From contig DASSEU010000051.1 of NCBI GenBank assembly GCA_035695125.1, positions 197,823 through 261,822 of the forward strand: a stretch of 64,000 bases of DNA, read 5' to 3'. Numbering within the stretch: position 1 is the stretch's first letter; each line of letters opens with the position of its first letter. The stretch comes from Acidimicrobiales bacterium. GTDB taxonomy: Bacteria; Actinomycetota; Acidimicrobiia; Acidimicrobiales; JAJPHE01. The translations under genes and the position numbers were made by a program. The notes below the pieces were generated by a model. That model made no database searches. It was not told the origin of the DNA and saw nothing but the letters and a program-made list of their open reading frames with translations. Positions 19,175 to 28,663 of the stretch are shown here, in pieces.

Positions 19175-20716
19175 CTACGCCACCCGGACGCTGGTGGCGC
19201 GGCGACCCCTCTGGCTCGTGTCGGACTCGAACTTCACGCGCTGACCCTCGGTCAACCCGGCAGGGACGCTGCCCATGACGGCGGTGTGGTGGACGAAGAC
19301 GTCCTTGCTCCCGTCGTCAGGGATGATGAACCCGTAGCCCTTCGTTGAGTTGAACCATCTGACGCTTCCGGCTGCGCCCGACGCAGCCTTGGCACGCGGG
19401 GTCACGGCCCGGGCCGGGCGCCGGCGTGAGGCTGCGGGCGGACCGTCACGGCCTGGCAGGTCCACCGGGTGTAGGGAGACGCCGGCGCCTTCCACGAGGG
19501 CGGCAGTGCGGGCGTCCCCGGGACCCACTTCCACGCTGTGCGCTCTCACCTTGGCCTTGGCCAGGACGGCCGTGACATCGCGGGTCTGATCGACCGTAGC
19601 GACGGTAACCACGGTCCCGGCCGCGCCGGCCCGGGCGGTGCGTCCCGATCGGTGGAGGTACGACTTGTGTTCGGCGGGCGGATCGACGTGCACGACCAGG
19701 TGCACGTCGTCCACATGGATGCCTCGCGCCGCGATGTCGGTGGCGACCAGAACCCGGACGGTGCCGTCGGCGAATGCCGCCAGGTTGCGCTCGCGGGTCC
19801 GCTGAGCCAGGTCGGCGTGCAGATCCACGGCGGGGATGCCGGCCGCCGTCAGACGGCGTGCCAGCTTCCGGGCGCCGTGCTTGGTACGGGTGAACAGCAG
19901 ACTGCGCCTCCGTCCGGAGGCCAGCTCGGTGACCACGGCGGCCTTGTCGGCCGCTCGGACGGTGAGGAGATGATGGTCCAGGCGGGGAGGCGAGCTCTCC
20001 GCGGCGTCGATCGAATGGGTTACAGGGTTACGGAGGTAGCGAGAGGACAGGACGTTGACGGCGCCATCCAGCGTGGCCGAGAAGAACAGGCGCTGGCCGA
20101 TGGGCGCTGTCTGGTCCAGAAGCCGGCGCACGACAGGCAGGAACCCGAGGTCGGCCAGGTGATCCGCCTCGTCCAGAACGGTGATCTGCACGCGGTCAAG
20201 ACGGCAGTGACCACGGGCCACCAGGTCCTCGAGGCGGCCCGGGGTCGCCACCACGATGTCGCTACCCCGCCGGAGCGCCGTGATCTGTGGTGCTGGCGAG
20301 ACTCCTCCGTGGACCACCGAGCACCGCATCCCGTGCTCTTCGGCCAGAGGGGCAACTGTGGCCGAGACCTGGCAGGCCAGCTCCCGGGTAGGAACCAGCA
20401 CGAGCCCGAGAGGCTCCCGCGGGGCGGCACGGTCGTCCGAGGCGGCCAGCCGTGTCACCACCGGGATGGCGAAGGCAATCGTCTTCCCGCTCCCTGTCTG
20501 GGCCCGGCCCAGCACGTCGCGCCCGGCAAGGGAGTCGGGGACCGTCGCAGACTGGATCGGGTAGGGGGAAACGGCCCCGATGGCGGAGAGAGCCGCCACC
20601 ATCCGCGCCGATACTCCCAGTTCGGCAAAGCCTCCAGTGGAGCTGTTCGCTGCAGGCGGGGGTGTTATGCGGGGACCGGGGTGCGGGCGCCGGCCGGTGG
20701 GGGGCTTGGGGGGCAA
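19175..20716 (-). CDS. DEAD-box ATP-dependent RNA helicase with a C-terminal cold-shock (CspA-type) domain
   Basis: Q-motif YPIQSATVP, motif I AQTGSGKT, PTRELA, DEAD (VLDEADHLAD), SAT, and motif VI HRSGRTARAG. The C-terminus GSVRWFNSTKGYGFIIPDDGSKDVFVHHTAV...GQRVKF carries RNP1 and RNP2 of a CSD. Confidence 0.85.
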   Translation of the reverse strand: MPPKPPTGRRPHPGPRITPPPAANSSTGGFAELGVSARMVAALSAIGAVSPYPIQSATVPDSLAGRDVLGRAQTGSGKTIAFAIPVVTRLAASDDRAAPREPLGLVLVPTRELACQVSATVAPLAEEHGMRCSVVHGGVSPAPQITALRRGSDIVVATPGRLEDLVARGHCRLDRVQITVLDEADHLADLGFLPVVRRLLDQTAPIGQRLFFSATLDGAVNVLSSRYLRNPVTHSIDAAESSPPRLDHHLLTVRAADKAAVVTELASGRRRSLLFTRTKHGARKLARRLTAAGIPAVDLHADLAQRTRERNLAAFADGTVRVLVATDIAARGIHVDDVHLVVHVDPPAEHKSYLHRSGRTARAGAAGTVVTVATVDQTRDVTAVLAKAKVRAHSVEVGPGDARTAALVEGAGVSLHPVDLPGRDGPPAASRRRPARAVTPRAKAASGAAGSVRWFNSTKGYGFIIPDDGSKDVFVHHTAVMGSVPAGLTEGQRVKFESDTSQRGRRATSVRVA

Positions 20717-20936
20717 GTGGATTCCTTTCGAGGCAAGCGAGGCCGTGGATGCTGCGGCTACACGCTCGTCGAGCAGGAACCAAGGGGCACAAGTGCACCC
20801 CGCACTTCAGGCCGTACACGCCGGCTATCCGACGGTACCGGCCTCACCTTACCCGAAAAGGGGGTAGGGCCTGAGGACCAACCGGTCAGAGAGGTGCGGC
20901 GGTAGGGTCCGAGGGGATACGCCGAAGGGAGATCAG

Positions 20937-21680
20937 ATGCTCCAACGGTCGGTGGACATTGTGACACCGGACGGGATGTGCCCGGGGCTGCTCAGCACTC
21001 CGGCGGGGGAGGGGCCCCGGCCGGCGGTGATCATGTTTCCCGACGCCGGAGGGATGCGCCAGACCTTCAGGCACATGGCCCGGAGGTTGTCGGACCTGGG
21101 ATATGTGGTGCTGGTGCCGGACCTCTACTACCGGATCGCACCCTACGAGCCGCTCGACATCGGTCCGGCGCGCTCGAGCACGGAGCTGATGGAGGAGATC
21201 ATGCGGAGGGCCGGGAGCTACAGCATGGACATGGCGGCGCTCGACGCCGCCGCCTGCCTCCATTATCTCGACTCCCTGGGCGAGAAGGCGCCCGGAGGCG
21301 TGGGGACCACCGGCTACTGCATGGGCGGACGACTGGCCCTGGCCGCTGCGGCCGATCTGGGAGAGCGCGTGGCGGCGGCGGCCTCCTTCCACGGTGGGAA
21401 CCTGGCGAAGGCGGACGACCCCGCCAGCCCCCACCACAGGGCCCAGGCCATCAGGGCCTCGGTGTACGTAGCGGCGGCTGTCGAGGACCCGGTGTTTCCG
21501 GACGAGCAGAAGTCCTTGCTCGCACAGTCCCTGAGCGAGGCCGGGGTAAGGCACACCATCGAGACGTACCAGGCCCACCACGGCTTCGCCGTACCGGACA
21601 ACGAGACCTATGACCCCGCCGCGGCCGAGCGCCACTGGAAGGCCACGGAGCAGCTGTTCGGCTCGGTTCTCGGGGGCTGA
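20937..21680 (+). CDS. Dienelactone hydrolase family protein
   Basis: PAVIMFPDAGGMRQ...GTTGYCMGGRLAL...SFHGG...HGFAV. Confidence 0.75.
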   Translation: MLQRSVDIVTPDGMCPGLLSTPAGEGPRPAVIMFPDAGGMRQTFRHMARRLSDLGYVVLVPDLYYRIAPYEPLDIGPARSSTELMEEIMRRAGSYSMDMAALDAAACLHYLDSLGEKAPGGVGTTGYCMGGRLALAAAADLGERVAAAASFHGGNLAKADDPASPHHRAQAIRASVYVAAAVEDPVFPDEQKSLLAQSLSEAGVRHTIETYQAHHGFAVPDNETYDPAAAERHWKATEQLFGSVLGG

Positions 21681-21769
21681 ATCCCAGGGGTTATCCCCCT
21701 GACAATTCACAGCCACTGTGGAAATCCCTCGAAGTCTGTGAATTTGGACGATACGGCTTGAAATGAGGC

Positions 21770-23092
21770 GTGCCGCATCGGAGGCTGGTGGGGATGGATG
21801 CGGCCAGCTCAGCCTCCGCAGGTCCCGGGCGCGCACTGTTGGTCGGCCTGCAGGGCGCAGACTCGCTACCTGACCTCTGCGCCCTCGAAACTGCGGGCTG
21901 GCGGATCAGCCTCGTCGCCGCCGACGGTCATCAGGGCTGGGAACTGGCCCGGCAAGCCCGGCCCGACGTCGTCGTCTGCGACCTCGACGCGCCAGGCGTA
22001 GACGGCGGGGACGTGGCCCGGCTCCTGGCCGGCGCCGAGGCCGCTGATGCGATCCCGGTGGTGCTGGTCGGTGGCCGTGACCGCCAAGCCGAGCTGCTCG
22101 ACGGTCTGCGCTGCGGTGCCCGCGACTTTCTGGTCAGGCCATTCTCCGCCGACGAGTTTCTGGCCCGCTGCCGGGCTGCCGCCCGCGTCAGCGAGGTCCT
22201 GATGCGACTCGCTTCTTCGGAGCGAGAATTGGCCCTCCTGGCGGAGCAGTCGACAGATCTGGTGTGGCGCTGCGGGATGGACGGGGTCATCCGGTACGCC
22301 TCACCCTCCGCGCTCGCGGTTCTCGGCTGGAGCCCGGAGGAGCTGGTTGGGCTCCACGCCGCGGAGCTGTGTCATCCCGATGATCCTCCGGCGCTGACGC
22401 CCGCCTTCGCCGTGCCCACGGGAGAGGTCTCTCGAACGACCAGCCGATTGCTGAAGGCGGATGGCACCTACGCCTGGATCGAGACCACCGCCCGGGTGGG
22501 ACCCGGGCTGGACGGGGACACAGAGGTCCGCTGCACCTCACGGGACGTGTCGGAACGCAAGGCCCTGGAGGAACGACTCCGCCATCTGGCTGACCACGAT
22601 CCTCTGACCGACCTGTTGAACCGCAGGGCCTTCGACGCGGCGGTGGCCCGCCACGTCGCCCATGGCGCCCGTTACGGAGCCGACGGCGCGCTGCTCCTGT
22701 GTGACGTCGACCACTTCAAGCAGATCAACGACAACTTCGGTCACGGGGCGGGTGATCGGGTACTCGTACGCTTGGCAGCCGCCCTCAGGGAGCGCCTGCG
22801 GAGTTCGGACGTGGTGGCCCGGCTGGGGGGAGACGAGTTTGCCGTCCTGCTGCCGCACGGAGGCGAGGAGGAAGCCGAGCAGGTAGCGGTGCAACTCGTC
22901 GAGGCCGTCCGCCAGCCGGTGGACTCCGGCCTCGACACCGTGAGCATCACGATCTCGGTCGGGATAGCCGCCTTTGACGACTCGATACGCGGCGCGGAGG
23001 ACATCCTCTCGCGCGCTGATGCCGCCCTGTTCAATGCAAAGCGCGCCGGCCGGGATCAGCCGTCGTTGTTCGATCTCGTAGCGCGGCGGTAA
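21770..23092 (+). CDS. Response-regulator receiver / PAS / GGDEF diguanylate cyclase
   Basis: REC-like (DVVVCDLDAPGVDGGDVARLL). PAS (LVWRCGMDGVIRYASPSALAVLGWSPEELVGLHAAELCHPDD). GGDEF (LLNRRAF...RLGGDEFAVLL). Alternative start at 21794. Confidence 0.8.
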   Translation: MPHRRLVGMDAASSASAGPGRALLVGLQGADSLPDLCALETAGWRISLVAADGHQGWELARQARPDVVVCDLDAPGVDGGDVARLLAGAEAADAIPVVLVGGRDRQAELLDGLRCGARDFLVRPFSADEFLARCRAAARVSEVLMRLASSERELALLAEQSTDLVWRCGMDGVIRYASPSALAVLGWSPEELVGLHAAELCHPDDPPALTPAFAVPTGEVSRTTSRLLKADGTYAWIETTARVGPGLDGDTEVRCTSRDVSERKALEERLRHLADHDPLTDLLNRRAFDAAVARHVAHGARYGADGALLLCDVDHFKQINDNFGHGAGDRVLVRLAAALRERLRSSDVVARLGGDEFAVLLPHGGEEEAEQVAVQLVEAVRQPVDSGLDTVSITISVGIAAFDDSIRGAEDILSRADAALFNAKRAGRDQPSLFDLVARR

Positions 23093-23424
23093 GTCACCTC
23101 CTCCAGATCGCAGTTCCCCGAGGCTCGGCCCCGCCCGGTCCGCGGGCAGATTGGACATCGGGCACCGCCAGTTGCTAGAAAGTAGACCCGCACCGCCAAG
23201 ATCTTCGCTGGCACGCGTCAGCGGGAGTCTCGCTGGGAGGCGCCAACCAAGCTAGCTGTCAGGGCTACCGTCTGCGTCCGCCGTGGCGACGTCCACCGGA
23301 CCGGCCAGGGTCACGTAGGAGCTCTGCTCCACCACGCCAGATCGCGAGGTCAGCGCGACGGTTGCCCGCACTCCACCACACCTGAAGGCCCGACGGGGTC
23401 GCCTGACCTTCAAGGAGGCGCGAG

Positions 23425-24120
23425 ATGCGTCTGCCGTACCTTCCGCCGGCTCGCCGGCTCGGTATCAAGTCCGTTGTCCGGGCTCTGTCCCATCCCGCTC
23501 CGTTGGTCGGTGGGCTGGGGCTCAGCCTGGCCGGGTGGGCGTTGCCGGCCATGGGTTCTACGACACCGATGACCCGGCCACACCGCCCCGTGATGGTCCT
23601 CGCCGACGCCCCGTCGGCGTCACCGCCCGCGCCAGGTTCCCCCACCGTCCCGCTCTCCGGGAACACCGGGTCTTCGACGAGCAGCACGTCCACCACTGCG
23701 AGCCCGTCGACCACTTCAACCACTGCCGCGTCGACCACCTCAACCACGGCGGCGGGGTCGTCCAACGCCTCCAGTCCAGGTCAGACGGCGGTCAACGAGG
23801 CCCGCACCTATATCGGCACCCCCTACCAGAGCGGCGGCACGTCGCACTCGGGCATCGACTGTTCGGGACTGACGATGATGGCCTGGCGTGCCGCCGGTTT
23901 GTTTCTGCCACACTCCAGCTCCGGTCAGTACGACGTCGTGCAGCATGTGCCGCTGTCCCAGCTGCAGCCCGGGGATCTCGTCTTCTACTACCGGGGGCCC
24001 GGGCACGTAGCGATCTACATCGGCAATGGTGAGGTGATCGAGGCGCTCACCTACGGCAAGCGGGCGGGGGTGTACTCCATCGGTTACGCCGGTGATCCCG
24101 TCGGTGCCGGTCGACCCTGA
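23425..24120 (+). CDS. NlpC/P60 family peptidoglycan endopeptidase with a Ser/Thr-rich linker
   Basis: The C-terminus YQSGGTSHSGIDCSGLTMMAWRAAGLFLPHSSSGQY...GDLVFYY...GHVAIYIG carries the Cys-His catalytic core. A low-complexity STT linker precedes the domain. Confidence 0.85.
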   Translation: MRLPYLPPARRLGIKSVVRALSHPAPLVGGLGLSLAGWALPAMGSTTPMTRPHRPVMVLADAPSASPPAPGSPTVPLSGNTGSSTSSTSTTASPSTTSTTAASTTSTTAAGSSNASSPGQTAVNEARTYIGTPYQSGGTSHSGIDCSGLTMMAWRAAGLFLPHSSSGQYDVVQHVPLSQLQPGDLVFYYRGPGHVAIYIGNGEVIEALTYGKRAGVYSIGYAGDPVGAGRP

Positions 24121-24199
24121 CTGACCCGCCGGCCCACGGCGCAGGCATGAGAGCTTCGGCCGCGATGCGACGCGAACATGCCGGATACAGTGCGAGTCC

Positions 24200-25054
24200 A
24201 TGTTGATCGCAGCGAGCTCGCAGCCCGTGGTCATTGCTCCACATGGAGTAACAGCATGGAACTGGATCCACGCTGGGATCATCGCCACGGTCACGGTCGC
24301 ACTCTGTGTCACGGCCCGCAATGCTGTCGGCCGGGTGCGGCGCGGTGACGCGGAACGGGTCGCGATCCGGATCGTCGAGCGGGTCCTGGTGTACCTGATA
24401 GTGGTAGTTGGCTTTCTCTACACCCTGGCTGCGTTGCGAGTGCAGCTCGGCCCACTGCTGGGGGCTCTCGGAATCGGCGGTATCGCTCTCGCATTCGCCA
24501 TGCAGGACACCCTGCAGAACCTGGTGGCCGGCATCATCCTTCAGGCCCGCCGGCCCTTCCGGCGAGGGGACCAGGTCCTGATCGACAGATACGAGGGCAT
24601 AGTCGAAGACGTCGACCTGCGGAACGTTTCCCTCGTGACGTTCGACGGCCTGAACGTCTTCCTCCCCAACAAGACGGTGCTCGAGAACCCGATCGTGAAC
24701 TACACCCGGACGCCCACCCGGCGCACCCAGCTCGAGGTCGGCGTCGCTTACGGGACCGATCTGGCCCGGGCCCGGGAGGTGCTGCTTGATGCGGCCTCGA
24801 GGACTCCGGGAGTGGAGCGGGTGCCGGCCCCGGCGGCGTGGGTGAAGGAGTTCGGGGAGTCCTCGGTCAACTTCGTCGTGCTCTTCTGGCACGGCGTCAA
24901 CCGAACCGGCATCTGGGAGGCCAGGAGCAACCTGGCCACGACGGTCCACGCCGCCCTGGATGAAGCCGGGGTCGTCATTCCCTTCCCTCAGCGGATCGTA
25001 CAGATCCAGTCCGACGACGAGGCCGTTCCCCGGGTGCTCACCAGCCGCTCCTGA
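24200..25054 (+). CDS. Mechanosensitive ion channel (MscS family)
   Basis: LQNLVAGIILQARRPFRRGDQVLIDRYEGIVEDVDLRNVSLVTFDGLNVFLPNKTVLENPIVNYTR. Confidence 0.8.
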   Translation: MLIAASSQPVVIAPHGVTAWNWIHAGIIATVTVALCVTARNAVGRVRRGDAERVAIRIVERVLVYLIVVVGFLYTLAALRVQLGPLLGALGIGGIALAFAMQDTLQNLVAGIILQARRPFRRGDQVLIDRYEGIVEDVDLRNVSLVTFDGLNVFLPNKTVLENPIVNYTRTPTRRTQLEVGVAYGTDLARAREVLLDAASRTPGVERVPAPAAWVKEFGESSVNFVVLFWHGVNRTGIWEARSNLATTVHAALDEAGVVIPFPQRIVQIQSDDEAVPRVLTSRS

Positions 25055-25137
25055 CCGAGGCGCGGCCCGGGCGGGCGAGTCCTATGATCAGGTGAAACTT
25101 CTTGCATCGATAGTGCAACTACCCTAGGATCGCTCCC

Positions 25138-25755
25138 GTGAGCGACACCAGGGTCGACGGCCGGGTGGCGCGGGGGGAGCGGACCAGGCGGCGGGTGGCC
25201 GAAGCGCTCATTGCCCTGCTCGAGGACGGAGTCGCCGATCCGACCGCCCGCCAGGTGGCCGAGCGGGCCGGGGTCTCCCCCCGGATCGTCTTTCACCACT
25301 ACGCGGACATGGAGCAGGTGCTCCACGCCGCCGTGGCCATACAGGCCGAGCGCCACTGGAGCCGCCTCCACCCGATCGACCCTTCCCGTCCTCTCGCCGA
25401 GAGGGTCCGCCGGTTGGTCGGTCAGCGGGCCGCGCTGTTCGACGCCATTGCCCCGGTGCGACGGGCAGCGGCGCTGGTCGAGCATCGCTCGCCGACCGTC
25501 GCGACGGAGCTGGGCCGGTCCCGAAGTGTCCTGCGGCGCCAGCTCAGCGAGGTGTTCGGTCCGGAGCTGAGCGAGGCCGACGAGCCGGAGGATCTGGTGG
25601 CTGCCCTCGAGGTCTCCGCCGGTTGGGACACCTGGGACCACCTCCGCTGCCAGATGGGCCAACCCGCGTCGGGTGCCCGGGGGGTCATGACCCGCATGCT
25701 GACCGCCCTGCTGGCTACCGCCTGTGGGCCGACGCCCCCAAGAGGGAGCCCGTGA
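25138..25755 (+). CDS. TetR family transcriptional regulator
   Basis: The N-terminal HTH RRRVAEALIALLEDGVADPTARQVAERAGVSPRIVFHHY. Confidence 0.75.
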   Translation: MSDTRVDGRVARGERTRRRVAEALIALLEDGVADPTARQVAERAGVSPRIVFHHYADMEQVLHAAVAIQAERHWSRLHPIDPSRPLAERVRRLVGQRAALFDAIAPVRRAAALVEHRSPTVATELGRSRSVLRRQLSEVFGPELSEADEPEDLVAALEVSAGWDTWDHLRCQMGQPASGARGVMTRMLTALLATACGPTPPRGSP

Positions 25756-26675
25756 ACGTCCTGCGCACCCCCGACGAACGCTTCTCCGGGCTGCCGGACT
25801 ATCCGTATCGGCCTAGCTATGTCGAAGTGCCCGCCGGGGAGGGGACAGCCTCGCTTCGGGTCCACTACCTGGACGAGGGGGACACCGGTGCGGAGGAGAC
25901 GGTGCTCCTCATGCATGGAGAGCCGTCGTGGAGCTTCCTCTACCGCAAGATGGTCCCGCCTCTGACCGATGCCGGCTTCCGCGTCGTGGTGCCCGACCTT
26001 GTGGGTTTCGGGCGCTCCGACAAGCCGGCGGCGCGCACCGACTACACGTACGCCCGTCACGTGGAGTGGATGCGGTCGGCGCTCTTCGACGGCCTGGATC
26101 TGGCGGGCCTGACGATCCTGGGCCAGGACTGGGGCGGCCTCATCGGGCTGCGTCTGGTGGCCGAGCATCCCGAGAGGTTCCGCCGGGTGGTGGCCGCCAA
26201 CACGGGCCTTCCCACCGGGGAGATGCCGATGGGAGACGCTTTCCTGGCCTGGCAGCGGTTCTCCCAGGAGGCGCCCGAGCTTCCGATTGCGGGGATCGTC
26301 GGATCGGGGTGCACCTCCGAGCTCACTCCCGACGTGCTGGCGGCGTACGACGCTCCGTTTCCTGAGGAGTCCTTCAAGGAAGGGGCCCGGCAGTTCCCAG
26401 CTCTGGTCCCGACCCGACCCGATGACCCCGCCGCGGCCGCCAACCGTCGGGCCTGGGAGGTCCTGGAGTCCTTCGACAAGCCCTTCCTGTGTGCCTACAG
26501 CGACGCCGATCCCATCACGCGGGGCGCCGATCGGTTGTTCCTCGAGCGGGTCCCGGGCGCCAAGGGCCAGCACCACCGGACGATCACTGGAGGCGGCCAT
26601 TTCCTGCAGGAGGACCGCGGCGCCGAGCTGGCCGCGGTCGTCATCGACTTCATACGTGCCAATCCCGGGAGCTGA
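25752..26675 (+). CDS. Haloalkane dehalogenase (alpha/beta hydrolase; DhmA/DhaA-like)
   Basis: VNVLRTPDERFSGLPDYPYRPSYVEV...LLMHGEPSWSFLYRKM...ILGQDWGGLIGL. The GTG start overlaps the TetR stop (GTGA). It lies inside the longer track ORF 25623..26675. Confidence 0.8.
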   Translation: MNVLRTPDERFSGLPDYPYRPSYVEVPAGEGTASLRVHYLDEGDTGAEETVLLMHGEPSWSFLYRKMVPPLTDAGFRVVVPDLVGFGRSDKPAARTDYTYARHVEWMRSALFDGLDLAGLTILGQDWGGLIGLRLVAEHPERFRRVVAANTGLPTGEMPMGDAFLAWQRFSQEAPELPIAGIVGSGCTSELTPDVLAAYDAPFPEESFKEGARQFPALVPTRPDDPAAAANRRAWEVLESFDKPFLCAYSDADPITRGADRLFLERVPGAKGQHHRTITGGGHFLQEDRGAELAAVVIDFIRANPGS

Positions 26676-26680
26676 ACGCC

Positions 26681-28201
26681 ATGGGCCGCAAGATCCTGTT
26701 CGTGACCACCGACCAGCAGCGCTACGACAGCCTGGGGTGCAATGGAGGAACGGTCGCCCGGACCCCTGTTCTCGACCGCCTGGCTCGGGAGGGCATCAAC
26801 TACCGGCGGGCCATGAACCAGAACGTGGTCTGCATGCCGGCCCGTTCGACGATCCTGACCGGCCAGCACGTCCGGACCCACGGCGTCTACGCCAACGGCG
26901 TGCCGTTGCCGGCCGACGCCCCCAGCATTGCCGCCTACCTCAATAACCACGGCTACCGCACCGCTCTCCTCGGCAAGGCCCACTTTGAGCCGGGGATGGA
27001 CCTCGAGGGACGGTGGCCGGAGAACCGTCTGGCCCGAGAGGCCAGCACAGGCCCGCACCGGGGCTTCGACCACCTCGAGCTGGCCATGCACGGTCCCCTG
27101 CCGCTGTGGCACTACGGGAAGTGGCTGATAGAGCAGCCCGGCAACTGGGAGCGGGGCTTCTACCAGCTGTTCCGAGGCGGACAGCTGAACGGAGAGCCCG
27201 GCGGGGAGACGGGAGCGCCGCAGCTCACGGTCAATCCCGTCCCCCGCGACCTCTATCACACCGATTGGACGGCGGAGCGCGCCATCGCCTGGCTCGACAG
27301 CCTCGACGATGGTGACGACTGGTTCTGCTGGGTCAGCTTCCCCGACCCCCATCATCCGTGGGACCCGCCGGCCTCGGAGCTGAAGCGCGTGGACTGGCGC
27401 GACCTTGATCTTCCCCCCGGTCATCCCGGGAGCGAGGAAGCCTGCCGGCGGATCCTCGACGGAAGGCCGCGACACTGGCTGGCGTATTACGACGGCTCCC
27501 ACTCCAACCTCGAGGGGGGGCCACCCAGCTTCGTACCCGCCGCCATGACCCCGGATCAGGTGCGCGAGGTCAACGCCTTCACCCATGTCGAGAACGAGCT
27601 CATCGACGAGGCCATCGGACGGATCCTCGCGAGCGTCGAAGCAAGGGGTTGGGGAGCGGAGACGGACGTGCTGTTCACGACCGATCACGGTGAGCTGCAG
27701 GGGGACTTCGGACTTCTGTTCAAGGGTCCCTACCACTGCGAGGCCCTGATGCACCTCCCGATGATCTGGCGGCCGGCACCGTCGGCGGGGGTGGCGCCGG
27801 CGGAGGTGACCGATCCCGTGGGACAGCTCGATCTGGCCGCCACCTTTGCCGCCATAGCCGGCCTGGACGTGCCGGAGTGGGTCCAGGGTTCCGTCCTGCC
27901 CACCGGTCCTGGTTCGGGACGCGAGCGGGTGATCACCGAATGGGACAGTCAGTTCCGCACCGAGGACCTCCACCTGCGCTCGATGTACCGGGACGGCTGG
28001 CTGGTGACCGCCTACGAGCCCGGCGGAGGTTACGACGGCACGGAAGGGGAGCTGTACAACCTGGCCGACGATCCGCTGCAGTGGACCAACCTGTGGGACG
28101 ACCCCGGCTACCGGGCCCGCCGAGAGGAGCTGGTCACGGATCTCTACGACAACCTGGCGCCGGAAAGAGCCGAGCGGCTCGCTGTCGAGGCTCCTGTCTA
28201 G
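26681..28201 (+). CDS. Arylsulfatase (formylglycine-dependent sulfatase family)
   Basis: MGRKILFVTTDQQRYD...CMPARSTILTG is the C-x-P-x-R motif, with LGKAHF. The start is the internal Met of track ORF 26489..28201. Confidence 0.85.
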   Translation: MGRKILFVTTDQQRYDSLGCNGGTVARTPVLDRLAREGINYRRAMNQNVVCMPARSTILTGQHVRTHGVYANGVPLPADAPSIAAYLNNHGYRTALLGKAHFEPGMDLEGRWPENRLAREASTGPHRGFDHLELAMHGPLPLWHYGKWLIEQPGNWERGFYQLFRGGQLNGEPGGETGAPQLTVNPVPRDLYHTDWTAERAIAWLDSLDDGDDWFCWVSFPDPHHPWDPPASELKRVDWRDLDLPPGHPGSEEACRRILDGRPRHWLAYYDGSHSNLEGGPPSFVPAAMTPDQVREVNAFTHVENELIDEAIGRILASVEARGWGAETDVLFTTDHGELQGDFGLLFKGPYHCEALMHLPMIWRPAPSAGVAPAEVTDPVGQLDLAATFAAIAGLDVPEWVQGSVLPTGPGSGRERVITEWDSQFRTEDLHLRSMYRDGWLVTAYEPGGGYDGTEGELYNLADDPLQWTNLWDDPGYRARREELVTDLYDNLAPERAERLAVEAPV

Positions 28202-28221
28202 GTACGTAGGACGGGTCCGGG

Positions 28222-28608
28222 CTACCTGGTCCCCGTGTTGAGGTCCACGGCCTCGCGTATGAGCTTCTTCAGCGCAGCCTTGTTGATCTTGTCGTGCTCC
28301 CGGATGTCAATGGCCCGTCTCACCTTGCCCTCGAGACTGGAGTTGAACAACCCTGACGGGTCGCTCAAGGAGGCACCCTTGAAGAAGGTCAGCTTGACCA
28401 CCTGCTTGTAGGTCTCCCCGGTGCATATGCCCCCGTGGTGGGACCAGACCGGCACTCCGGGACTGGTGGCCTTGGCCCACTTCCATTCCTCGACGACGTC
28501 GGGGTCGGCCTCCCTGATGATGGCGCGCACCTGACTCAGGACCCGACCGCGCCAATCGGCCAGCTCGGAGATCTTCTCGTCGATCCGCTTGGAAGCTTCC
28601 TCTGCCAT
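28222..28608 (-). CDS. DUF1801 (YdhG-like) domain protein
   Basis: MAEEASKRIDEKISELADWRGRVLSQVRAIIREADPDVVEEWKW...VKLTFFKGASL. Confidence 0.65.
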   Translation of the reverse strand: MAEEASKRIDEKISELADWRGRVLSQVRAIIREADPDVVEEWKWAKATSPGVPVWSHHGGICTGETYKQVVKLTFFKGASLSDPSGLFNSSLEGKVRRAIDIREHDKINKAALKKLIREAVDLNTGTR

Positions 28609-28663
28609 CTCGATCAGTTAAGCAGTCGGTCGGTCTCCAGTCCCGTGTCATAGGGTCGCGACG

